Below the pieces are notes generated by a model, which worked only from the letters and a program-made list of their open reading frames with translations, had not been told where the DNA came from and did no database searches. A program made the translations under genes and the position numbers. Shown here one piece after another: positions 18,167-27,294 of a stretch of 64,000 bases of DNA (position 1 is the first letter of the stretch; each line of letters begins with the position of its first letter). The DNA is from Fidelibacterota bacterium (GTDB lineage Bacteria; Fidelibacterota; UBA2242). Location of the stretch: NCBI GenBank assembly GCA_016783665.1, contig JADHWC010000002.1, positions 2,371 to 66,370 of the forward strand, read 5' to 3'.

Positions 18167-18258
18167 CGCGGTTAACTGAATCCAAAAAGCATGAAAATTT
18201 ATCCAAATTAAAGCATTAAATCAATATGATTGATAACAAATTGGCAATTGAAATTCAA

Positions 18259-19668
18259 CTATTTTTGTTTTCCCCTCTGGAAAATATTTTTCAGTATACT
18301 AAAAAGATAAATAATTACTGAGCACATTAAACCGATGAAAAACGGCTGAATGTCCCATGGAAATGAAGGATTTATCAATGTGCTTTGATATAAACCGGCA
18401 GCTAACCAACAACTTGTGCCGAAAAAAGAAGCAATCATTGACACGACAGTGTCGCGTTTCGGTATTTGAATACCCGGGATAAAAATAGAGATCAAGGGCA
18501 ATAATAAGCTGGGTATAAACAGGGTGCCCATTAGATACCAGATCTTCACGACTGATGGCACCAAAGATAATAACAACACTGAAAACAGAAGCGTAATAAG
18601 CAATCCAAACTGGGTTGCATGTGTGATGTTAACATTTTTTTTGATCCGCCAGATGATATCCCGCCCAAACGTAACAGCGGCAAGAAAGGAATTTGAATCC
18701 AGGGTTGACATGATGGTCGCCAGAAGGGAAATGAAAAACAGTCCGCTTAATAGTGGCGGTAGTATTGTTACACCAAGGAGAGGAAAAGCCATCAATCCTG
18801 GAACATCACTGAAAAGTGCGCGGGCATAAAGTCCGGCAACAGTAGTAAAAAAATCAAAAACTACCCAGAACAGAATTGAGATTAGAATTCCACGTTGTGC
18901 CACCGCTGGAGTACGGGCGGCGTAGCATCGTTGATAAAAACCGGGATCAACGAATGTCCATAATGCAATAAAGAACCAGACGACGATATACTGAGCGTTC
19001 TGCCCGCCACTGAATTGAAGATGACTTGCTGGAAGATTATCCTTTAAGAAAGAAATACCACCAAATTTTGTAAACAGAGTTATCACCAATACCGCGAATC
19101 CGGAAAACATCAGGATAAACTGGATAATGTCGGTTTTAACTATCGATTTAAATCCTCCGAAAAAGATATATACCGTAGAGAATAGAATACTGATGAAAAT
19201 GGCAAACCAGAAAGGTATTCCAAAAATCGAACTGAACAGGATGCCGAGCATAAGCAGATGTGATGCAGGTGATACCAGGAAAAAGATAAAAACACTTCCG
19301 ATCAGTCCGGCTGGTTTTCCATAATGTTGATACAGTTGATCGGGAATAGTGTAAAGGTTTGATTTGCGAACTTTTGGTGCGATAAAGACGGCAAAGAGAA
19401 CGGCAAATAAATAATAGGGTAATGCTTGCGTTACCCAATTCAAAAGACCGTAGAGGTAGGTAAATTCACCAATACCCAAAATCCCGCCATACCATGTCGA
19501 TACCAGCGTAGCCGTAAATGCGGGCAGGGAGAGCCGTCGTCCGGCTAATAGGAAATTATCATCATTTTTCCGTTGATTTTTAGAATACAGGAAACCGATA
19601 AGTAAAATTGAGATTAAATAAATCAGGATAAGAAGTTTATCAATAATTGCAATGTTAATAGAATTCAT
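18259..19668 (-). CDS. Sodium:solute symporter family transporter.
   Basis: About 13 hydrophobic helices in an SSF-like arrangement, 469 aa. Confidence 0.7.
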   Translation of the reverse strand: MNSINIAIIDKLLILIYLISILLIGFLYSKNQRKNDDNFLLAGRRLSLPAFTATLVSTWYGGILGIGEFTYLYGLLNWVTQALPYYLFAVLFAVFIAPKVRKSNLYTIPDQLYQHYGKPAGLIGSVFIFFLVSPASHLLMLGILFSSIFGIPFWFAIFISILFSTVYIFFGGFKSIVKTDIIQFILMFSGFAVLVITLFTKFGGISFLKDNLPASHLQFSGGQNAQYIVVWFFIALWTFVDPGFYQRCYAARTPAVAQRGILISILFWVVFDFFTTVAGLYARALFSDVPGLMAFPLLGVTILPPLLSGLFFISLLATIMSTLDSNSFLAAVTFGRDIIWRIKKNVNITHATQFGLLITLLFSVLLLSLVPSVVKIWYLMGTLFIPSLLLPLISIFIPGIQIPKRDTVVSMIASFFGTSCWLAAGLYQSTLINPSFPWDIQPFFIGLMCSVIIYLFSILKNIFQRGKQK

Positions 19669-20330
19669 GAAGAACTGAGCGGTTTAATGACGATCAGAGT
19701 GCCTTTGGTGAAAGATATCCGTACGTTGTCCTTCAATGCCTGGTTACTGATACCCCGTGACCCTTCAAATAGGTTTTCGTGGTTCAACGTCCATTTCAAT
19801 CCATTGGTCGTTACATTATATGCTCTCGGAAATCCGAATAATGAAATGATATTGCCGGAGGACACTTGAAATCCATAGCTGCCTGCGGACAGTACTAAAA
19901 TTTCCGAAGTTTGTGAGAAAAGACGAATAGTTGCTTTGCGTTTGAATTTTTTTATGATCTGCAATGTTGCAACACTATGGTCGTCCCGTTTACCCATAAA
20001 ACCTATTAAAACAATCTGTTTATATGAAAGCCGGATTGCTTCATGCAGGGCTTTTTCCACATCATTTTCCTGTTGGGATTCCGTCTTAATTATCCGGGTA
20101 TTTTTCTGAATAAAATAATTCAACGCTTCGTCTTTGATTGAATCCAAATCGCCAATTATTAAATCGGGAGTAATACCATGCCGGAAAGCATAATTCGCTC
20201 CGCCGTCGGCGCACATAATGAAATTTGCAGCCTGAAGAAGTTGATTACATAGTTTTTGATCAGGATAATCGCCATTTCCGAACAGGATACAGATGGGTTC
20301 TGTATATGATAATGGAAGTATAGAAACCAT
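19665..20330 (-). CDS. Thiamine pyrophosphokinase.
   Basis: CADGGANY and IIGDLDS motifs typical of TPK. 221 aa. Confidence 0.6.
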   Translation of the reverse strand: MVSILPLSYTEPICILFGNGDYPDQKLCNQLLQAANFIMCADGGANYAFRHGITPDLIIGDLDSIKDEALNYFIQKNTRIIKTESQQENDVEKALHEAIRLSYKQIVLIGFMGKRDDHSVATLQIIKKFKRKATIRLFSQTSEILVLSAGSYGFQVSSGNIISLFGFPRAYNVTTNGLKWTLNHENLFEGSRGISNQALKDNVRISFTKGTLIVIKPLSSS

Positions 20331-20350
20331 AGTTGGGAATAACTAATGGA

Positions 20351-21271
20351 TTATGATAATTTTTCGTAAATCGGGATTTTATTTTTTTGCATGCACTTTA
20401 TGAACTTAGGAATATTGATTATGAAATTAAATTTTTCCATCTGCTGACCGACCTGACGCTGATACTCTTTGGATCGGAAATATTTAATTAAATATTTCTT
20501 AAGTGGCAGGATTAAATAATCGGTATCCCAGACTAACTCTTCGCCGGTAACATGATTGATTAGACAGTCAAAATGGGCTGCCCAGGCGATTGTATGAAAT
20601 TTGTATTTTGATGTTAAATCTCTGTTGATTGCCTGCAGAATTGCCTGGTTGCTGGGATTTGTAAAAATAAAGTCTTTTGTAAACATGAATGCAGTATGAT
20701 AATATCGGGGTTTATTAATCATTCCTTCCAGGTTCAAACGGCGTGTCAGAATGATCATGATCTGCAACATGCGATCACCGATTCCCAAACCTGGGTAAGA
20801 TTGTCCGGGAAGCTGTGGACGTCGTTCATCAAAATGCATTTTAGGGTTTTGGAGAAGCAGCCACTCAACTTGAAGCAAATTCGGTATTATGTCCGGAAAA
20901 TTATGCAAAATACCTTCTGTAAAACGCATCTGTCCCCATTTAAGTACCATTTCACAGATTGTGTTTTCATCTTCAGGCGTACCTGTATATACATATAAAC
21001 GATGAGTATGAGGATCATCAGTATCGATTTCTACATGTAAATCTGTCAAACCCAATCTCGCTAATGCTTCCGTTAGTCCAAATGCATCGATTACATTTTT
21101 CAATCCTTGTTTACTAAACACACCCATGAAGAAATTTGAACTCTGCTTTACCCGACCACCGGAAACAATGTTATCCAATGTGAGATCGTCAAAATCGGCG
21201 CCTGTCTGAATATCAGCTAAAGTTAATTTTTTAGCGATTTTTAAATACTGTTTGCGGTATCTATTATACAT
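20351..21271 (-). CDS. Hypothetical protein of 306 aa with no recognisable motif. Immediate neighbour of the NifS-SelD fusion.
   Basis: Clean ORF in the same orientation and closely spaced with flanking genes. No motif I can assign. Confidence 0.5.
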   Translation of the reverse strand: MYNRYRKQYLKIAKKLTLADIQTGADFDDLTLDNIVSGGRVKQSSNFFMGVFSKQGLKNVIDAFGLTEALARLGLTDLHVEIDTDDPHTHRLYVYTGTPEDENTICEMVLKWGQMRFTEGILHNFPDIIPNLLQVEWLLLQNPKMHFDERRPQLPGQSYPGLGIGDRMLQIMIILTRRLNLEGMINKPRYYHTAFMFTKDFIFTNPSNQAILQAINRDLTSKYKFHTIAWAAHFDCLINHVTGEELVWDTDYLILPLKKYLIKYFRSKEYQRQVGQQMEKFNFIINIPKFIKCMQKNKIPIYEKLS

Positions 21272-21305
21272 AGTTTAATTAAGTGTCAAAGCTAATCATG
21301 CTACG

Positions 21306-23504
21306 TTAAGGAACAATAAATATTTTATATTTTCCGGCTTTTTCGATTTTACCGATAACAGATGCGCTTGTTTTTCCGGATTCCTTTAGTCGTTTAACCA
21401 TCTCAGCGGCATTGGGTTCCGGCGTCGCAACCAATAATCCGCCTGAAGTCTGAGCGTCACAAAGTATTACCCTAAAAACGGAGCTGACTTTGTCATCCCA
21501 GTGGATGCGATCTTTCAGATAATTCATATTTGCGTCTGTGCCTCCGGGGATGACGTTTCTGCGAACCATTTCCACTGTGTTTGGAATGACCGGTACTTTC
21601 GAACTAATAATCCGGGCGGATATATCACCATCCATAAGCATCTCATAGAGGTGCCCTAATAGTCCGAATCCGGTAACATCGGTACAGGCGTGAACCGGAA
21701 ATTCTCTGATAATATCAGCGGCAGCGGCATTCAGCTCGCTCATAATATTGACGATAGCATTCCGGGCAGCGTCGTCCAGCAGACCCCTTTTCAATGCTGT
21801 CGATAAAATGCCGATCCCGACCGGTTTGGTAAGAATAAGCGCGTCACCGGGCTGCGATCCGACATTGCGCCAGATTGCGTCCGGATGAACTGTTCCGGTA
21901 ACGGCAAGACCGAACTTGGGCTCGTTGTCTTCGATGGTGTGACCACCCAGGATCGGGATTCTTGCCTTATGGGTAATATGTTGGGCGCCTTCAAGAATAC
22001 GCTCCAGTACTTTCATAGGGAGTCGCTTTTCAGGGAATGCCGCAATGTTTAATGCAAAAAGGGGTTTTCCGCCCATGGCGTAGATATCGCTGAGTGAATT
22101 TGCCGCGGCAATCCGTCCAAAATCATAAGGATCATCCACGATCGGTGTGAAAAAGTCTACGGTCGAAACCAGCGAAATTTCATCCGTTAAGCGAAAAACC
22201 GCCGCATCATCGGAGCTTTCAAAGCCGACCTGTGTGTATTCAGAAGGTATAGTCTGAATTTTTTTCAGAATTTCTTCCAGATGCTGTGGTCGGATCTTAC
22301 AGGCGCATCCTAATCCGTGAGTATATTGAGTGAGACGAATATCGGAGATATCGGTAAATGTGACTTCTCTCAGTATATTTTCAGTAAGGTTGCGGTAAGC
22401 TTCGGATATTTTTCTAACGGCAGCGCTGACATCCTGCGCTGTTGTGGTTCTGCCTACCGAAAAGCGGATGCTGCCCAGGATTCGTTCGTCACTAAGCCCC
22501 ATTGCTTTCAAAACATGGGATGGTTCCATGCTGTCGGCATGACAGGCGGCTCCGGCGGATGCGGCAATGTCCGGAAGATCGGATAAAAGTGTATTGGCGT
22601 CGATACCGGGGAAATAGCTGTTAATTGTATTGGGGAGTTTCTGTTCCGGATGACCATTTAGTTTGATTTCCGGGATTGCTTCTTTTAATTCGTTCCAGAA
22701 TTGATCGCCCCGAGATTTTTGTTCGGTAAGAATTGTTTTTTCATTTGAGTGAAAAACTTCCGCAGCGGTTCCTAATCCAACGATTTCCAGCACATTTTCA
22801 GTACCCGGTCGCAAGCCTCGCTCATGTCCGGCGCCATGAATGAGTGGTTGGATCTTAGTTCCGGTTTTAATATATAGAGAGCCGACTCCTTTGGGAGCAT
22901 TCATTTTATGACCGGCAACAGATAGTAAATCGACCTCTAATTCCTGAACATCCACATGGATTTTTCCCACTGCCTGAGCCGCATCGGTATGCATCAGGAT
23001 ATTCCGTTCGTGAGCTATTTGGGCAATTTCCCTGATCGGCTGAATAGTCCCAACTTCGTTATTCGCCAGCATGATAGTGATGAGAATCGTATCTGAGCGG
23101 ATGGCGTGAACCAGCGATTTGGTATCCACCAAACCATATTCATCAACCGGGAGATAGGTGACGCTATATCCATTATTCTCAAGAAATCGACACACTTCCA
23201 GGATTGCCGGATGTTCCACAGCGCTGGTGACGATATGTCCCGAATGATACAGGCTGGCGATGCCTTTGACCGCTATATTGTTCGATTCGCTGCCGCCACT
23301 GGTGAAGATGATCTCATCGGCGGAACAGCTCAGCAGTGCAGCCAATTGTTTCCGGGAATGCTCAATTGCTTTTTTACCTTCCTGACCATAATAGTGACTG
23401 CTGGAGGGATTCCCGTAGTGGTTTTTCAGAAAAGGCATCATGGCGTTAATGACTTCCGGGATCATCGGTGTGCTGGCGTTATGGTCTAAGTAGATTGGTT
23501 TCAT
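21306..23504 (-). CDS. selD: Fusion protein: NifS/IscS-like cysteine desulfurase (N-terminal) plus selenophosphate synthetase SelD (C-terminal).
   Basis: The N-terminal ~380 aa is a class V PLP fold (SGGSESNN, HK PLP-lysine region, SAAGAACHA). The C-terminal half starts with IRLTQYTHGLGCACKIRPQHLEEIL, matching the SelD N-terminus (E. coli [24 protein letters not shown]), then AIR-synthase-like domains. The catalytic position is Cys, not Sec. Confidence 0.8.
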   Translation of the reverse strand: MKPIYLDHNASTPMIPEVINAMMPFLKNHYGNPSSSHYYGQEGKKAIEHSRKQLAALLSCSADEIIFTSGGSESNNIAVKGIASLYHSGHIVTSAVEHPAILEVCRFLENNGYSVTYLPVDEYGLVDTKSLVHAIRSDTILITIMLANNEVGTIQPIREIAQIAHERNILMHTDAAQAVGKIHVDVQELEVDLLSVAGHKMNAPKGVGSLYIKTGTKIQPLIHGAGHERGLRPGTENVLEIVGLGTAAEVFHSNEKTILTEQKSRGDQFWNELKEAIPEIKLNGHPEQKLPNTINSYFPGIDANTLLSDLPDIAASAGAACHADSMEPSHVLKAMGLSDERILGSIRFSVGRTTTAQDVSAAVRKISEAYRNLTENILREVTFTDISDIRLTQYTHGLGCACKIRPQHLEEILKKIQTIPSEYTQVGFESSDDAAVFRLTDEISLVSTVDFFTPIVDDPYDFGRIAAANSLSDIYAMGGKPLFALNIAAFPEKRLPMKVLERILEGAQHITHKARIPILGGHTIEDNEPKFGLAVTGTVHPDAIWRNVGSQPGDALILTKPVGIGILSTALKRGLLDDAARNAIVNIMSELNAAAADIIREFPVHACTDVTGFGLLGHLYEMLMDGDISARIISSKVPVIPNTVEMVRRNVIPGGTDANMNYLKDRIHWDDKVSSVFRVILCDAQTSGGLLVATPEPNAAEMVKRLKESGKTSASVIGKIEKAGKYKIFIVP

Positions 23505-23623
23505 AATTTCACTCCGCCCTAATTTATTAAGAAAATAAGATTGTTAATAGACTGAAAATTGCCAAGTGTAAAATTAGATGCTATAAATCAGAGGAATTAT
23601 TTTATTTACTGTTTATATGCATA

Positions 23624-24805
23624 TTACAGGTCTGTTTCCAGCGCATTTTCATAGTGTATCAGATTCAGGGGAATATCAGGGTATTTATCTGCAAAATAAT
23701 GGTATTTATAAGGATAAAATTGTTCTTGGGAAAATTTTGTTTCATAGGCTTTCTGATTTTGAATGATAAAATCTACCTCGTGTTTATTTTGAGTTCGCCA
23801 GTATTTAATATCCATTTCATCATATTTGTCTAGTAATCTACGAAATATGTAATTTTCAAATAGATTACCCCTGTCTTCTCTAAAAAAAAGGGCGTTGAAA
23901 TTATGTAAAAAATGATTTCTTAAACCGAGGTCGTTAAAATAGACTTTCGGTGATTTTCTCAGCTCTTTACTCAACTTACGGTAAAATGGCTTTATCAGAC
24001 TAATGTGAAAAGATTTCTGCATTAGTTCAGTATAGGCATTAATCGTAAGATGATTCATGCTGAAATCACTCGCTATATTATTATAACTGACGATGCCGCC
24101 GACTCTTTCGGCATATATTTGAAGTATAGTCAAATACGCATTTGGATATTTTAGATTAGATTCAAGGGCGTCTTTCTTCACATAAGAGTTCGCAATTTCC
24201 GCTAATATATGTTTTTTCTCTTCAATATCTGGTTCCAAAATGACTTCAGGATATCCGCCGAAAATGATATATTCCTGTAAGAGAGTGTATATTTCATCTC
24301 TGAAGATTGGTGGAATTTTTTTGTTTATGAAAGGCGTTAATTCTGTTCTATCTCTAAAAATAAGCATTTCTTCAAAACTTAAGGTCGGTAGTTTGAACAA
24401 TCGTTTTCTGCCAGCCAGAGAGTCCGTAAATTTTTTATCTATATAAAAACTTGATGAACCACTGACAATAAATTTAATTTTTTCATGGTATTTGTCGTAA
24501 TGATATTTTAAAAAATTAGAGGGAAAGTCAAGATATTGAATCTCATCAATAAAAATAATCGTTTGTCTGGTACGATCAATAGGCGGAATTACCAGAAACA
24601 ACTTAGCCGGATGTTCATTAAGTATTTTTAAAATATTAGGATCCTCAAGAGTAAGAAAGAAAACCTGATTTCGATCCTTTTTCAATTCTTTCATTAATTG
24701 TTGCATAAGCGTAGTTTTTCCGGTTTGCCTGGCTCCAACAATAAGGCTAATTTGTTTTTTTTTGAGATGGTTTTTTAATTTATTAAATAAAAGTCGCTTT
24801 TTCAT
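23624..24805 (-). CDS. AAA+ ATPase with a DUF4143-type C-terminal domain.
   Basis: P-loop GARQTGKTT. This architecture is common in Bacteroidota. Confidence 0.7.
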   Translation of the reverse strand: MKKRLLFNKLKNHLKKKQISLIVGARQTGKTTLMQQLMKELKKDRNQVFFLTLEDPNILKILNEHPAKLFLVIPPIDRTRQTIIFIDEIQYLDFPSNFLKYHYDKYHEKIKFIVSGSSSFYIDKKFTDSLAGRKRLFKLPTLSFEEMLIFRDRTELTPFINKKIPPIFRDEIYTLLQEYIIFGGYPEVILEPDIEEKKHILAEIANSYVKKDALESNLKYPNAYLTILQIYAERVGGIVSYNNIASDFSMNHLTINAYTELMQKSFHISLIKPFYRKLSKELRKSPKVYFNDLGLRNHFLHNFNALFFREDRGNLFENYIFRRLLDKYDEMDIKYWRTQNKHEVDFIIQNQKAYETKFSQEQFYPYKYHYFADKYPDIPLNLIHYENALETDL

Positions 24806-24926
24806 AATAGCAAATTATACCATAAAACCGTGATTGTCAATAACAAATTATCTCAAATATAGGTGTATCACAATAGCAAATTATCTGATATATAGGTACG
24901 CTTAATAACAAATTATCTTAAACTGA
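24806..24926. repeat. Tandem direct repeat of about 33 bp, 3-4 copies, in the upstream region of the AAA ATPase gene.
   Basis: Contiguous copies of AATA[A/G]CAAATTATCT[C/G]A[A/T]ATATAGGT[G/A] at about 24807, 24838, 24871 and 24904. Confidence 0.5.
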
Positions 24927-25114
24927 ATTTATTTGGCTGATATTTCATTGTAACGTTAGTACCATCCAACAAATCTCAGAAAGCGATTTATATTTTATAG
25001 AATTTACTGACATTTCTCGTTTTGTAACATATCTCAGGAGTCCATCGTTGGAATTTATATGTTAGGCTTAAGTGAGAAATGTTTATTAATATTTATATAT
25101 TTCTAATAGTTCTC

Positions 25115-26068
25115 TTAGATAGAATCGAATAACAAACTGAAATCAACGCTCGTAACGGAATGAGTCAAGGCGCCTATTGAAATAACATCCACACCGCTTT
25201 CGGCATAATCTCGTATGGTTTCAATAGATATATTTCCCGATGCTTCGAAAAGGATATGATTGTATAGTTTTTTTGCTTTGGATTCAGCGATCAGTGCGGG
25301 AATTTGCTCCGGCGCAAAATGATCAAACATGATCACAAAAGGGAATGGAGCCGTGATGTTCTTCAAATAGCCCAGCATTTCGCGGTATTCATCCGTATTT
25401 GTCACTTCTATTTCAATAAAGCGCAGATAGGGATAAGATGAGATCATTTCCGTGACCGCCAGTTTTAGACTGTCGGGATTTTTCGACTTTCGCAGAATCG
25501 CCAGGTGGTTTTCCTTCAGCATTGCCGCATCGTGAAGTCCCAGCCTATGAGTCAGTCCGCCGCCGCATTGAATCGCGCGCTTGTCCAGCAATCCCCACAG
25601 AGTTTTGCGGGTGCCGACGACGAATGTATCCGTCTCCGAAATCCGCTCCACGTATGACCTTGTCGCAGTCGCTATTCCACTCAGCCGCTGAAGAATATTA
25701 AGAATTGTTCGCTCGACGGTAATAATCTCTGTCGCCTTGCCTTCAATGTGTAACAGAACATCACCGGTTTCGATGACGTCTCCGTTTTTGAAAGACGAAG
25801 TGGCGGTTATTTTTTTCCGGGATAAAAAGAATATGGTTTCATCAAGTCCGGCGATGACTGCGGAGGATTTGGCGATTATCCCGGCTTTCAGAGTTGTTTC
25901 ATAAGATTGTTCAGGTGTCAGTGACGCATCGCCTTTGCCGATATCTTCATCCATCATTCGGGAGAAAAAATCGCCGACATAATCCCGGTAAGATACATTA
26001 CCGAGGCTTAACTCTATATCGGCGTCAAAAGCGTGGCGAATAACCTGGTTTCTATCCGACTGTTCCAT
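25115..26068 (-). CDS. nadC: Nicotinate-nucleotide pyrophosphorylase (quinolinate phosphoribosyltransferase) family.
   Basis: TRKTLWGL, QCGGGLTHRLGLHDAAMLKENH and the C-terminal ISIGALTHS motifs of the type II PRTase QPRT fold. Confidence 0.7.
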   Translation of the reverse strand: MEQSDRNQVIRHAFDADIELSLGNVSYRDYVGDFFSRMMDEDIGKGDASLTPEQSYETTLKAGIIAKSSAVIAGLDETIFFLSRKKITATSSFKNGDVIETGDVLLHIEGKATEIITVERTILNILQRLSGIATATRSYVERISETDTFVVGTRKTLWGLLDKRAIQCGGGLTHRLGLHDAAMLKENHLAILRKSKNPDSLKLAVTEMISSYPYLRFIEIEVTNTDEYREMLGYLKNITAPFPFVIMFDHFAPEQIPALIAESKAKKLYNHILFEASGNISIETIRDYAESGVDVISIGALTHSVTSVDFSLLFDSI

Positions 26069-26883
26069 GATTTATACCCATAATTTTTTCAGAAGACGCA
26101 GCAACCTGTAAAATAAGCGCCGGTTTCGGTAGATGCATTGTTCTGATTAAAGATTCGTTCAAATGATGTCCTCTTGCTAAAAAATACCTATCATCTAAAT
26201 TTAAGAAAAAATCTAAGGTTTTTAAGGAGAAACCTCATCGATTCCGAAAATTCCTTTTGATGCATCGATTAAAGTGGGATAAAATTTGTGATGATGAATG
26301 GAAAACCGGTCTATGATGAGGAAAAGGGATTATATGTCAGGGATGTCGGGGAAATATTAGTTGCTTAACATCACTTGACTTAAGCCGGGTCATAGGTGTA
26401 ACCAATTGAATGGTAGTTATTCCGACTTGAGTTAAGTGATGGTTTCTTATTGATGTGTACCGGGAAAAACTTAACACAAGTGCCTGGACGGTGGGTACGA
26501 TAACATAAAGAATATTGAAGGCACTTATGTCAAGTTTATCGTTCCTATAACTAATTACTGAATAACCGGTGAGTATGGTAATCTTTTCTGGAATTATTTC
26601 ATTCAAAATTTTCTCAAAAGATAATGGAAATTTTTATGAAGAGCCATTCACAAATTGCTCTTATATTTCTTTTCTATCGCTGGTTTTTCTCAACTCTCGG
26701 TCAGCCGCCGCAAGTAGATCACCGATAGCAGTATTCCACTGCTGTCCGGGATCGGAATATTATACGCAATGAAGATCAGTGAAATAGGTCTTAGTCAGCA
26801 ATTAAATACCATCCAGGGATTGGAGTTCCCGACGCCATATCCCGGTTCCAGTTGAACGTCTATTTGCGCATTTTTTGAAAAAA

Positions 26884-27294
26884 TTATTGGCGGTTTTCGG
26901 GCAATTTACAGCACATTGGCAGCTTTGCATAAGCATCAAGGTTGGCAGGTGTCTCGTTAGCCTGATATCCCAGATCGGAAATGGCTTTTTCAATCTGTTT
27001 CAGATTGAGTTGAGCCGGATTGTAGTTTATATGTCCCATTTTGTCTTCGATATCCACATTGACAGATACAATACCGTCCATTTTTCCCAGACCAGTTTCA
27101 ATAGTGCTCTTGCACATGCCGCACTGAACGGTGGGCAGCTTTACCATGGCATGGGTTTGATTTTCACCATGTCCCATCATCATCTGGGGCTGAGATTTGC
27201 CAGTGTCATCCGTTTTTTCTTTGCCGCCGCATGCGACGATTCCAACGATGAGAAAAGCGATCAACGCAAAACCGATGATTCTTTTGGTGTTCAT
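26884..27294 (-). CDS. Heavy-metal-associated (HMA) domain lipoprotein.
   Basis: Lipobox (LIVGIVACGG). HMA-like CGMCKST metal-binding motif. Confidence 0.6.
   Translation of the reverse strand: MNTKRIIGFALIAFLIVGIVACGGKEKTDDTGKSQPQMMMGHGENQTHAMVKLPTVQCGMCKSTIETGLGKMDGIVSVNVDIEDKMGHINYNPAQLNLKQIEKAISDLGYQANETPANLDAYAKLPMCCKLPENRQ

Noticed and set aside
24806-24926. 33-bp repeats as a mini-CRISPR array
   Set aside because: The units are contiguous with no unique spacers, the copies are imperfect, and there are no cas genes.
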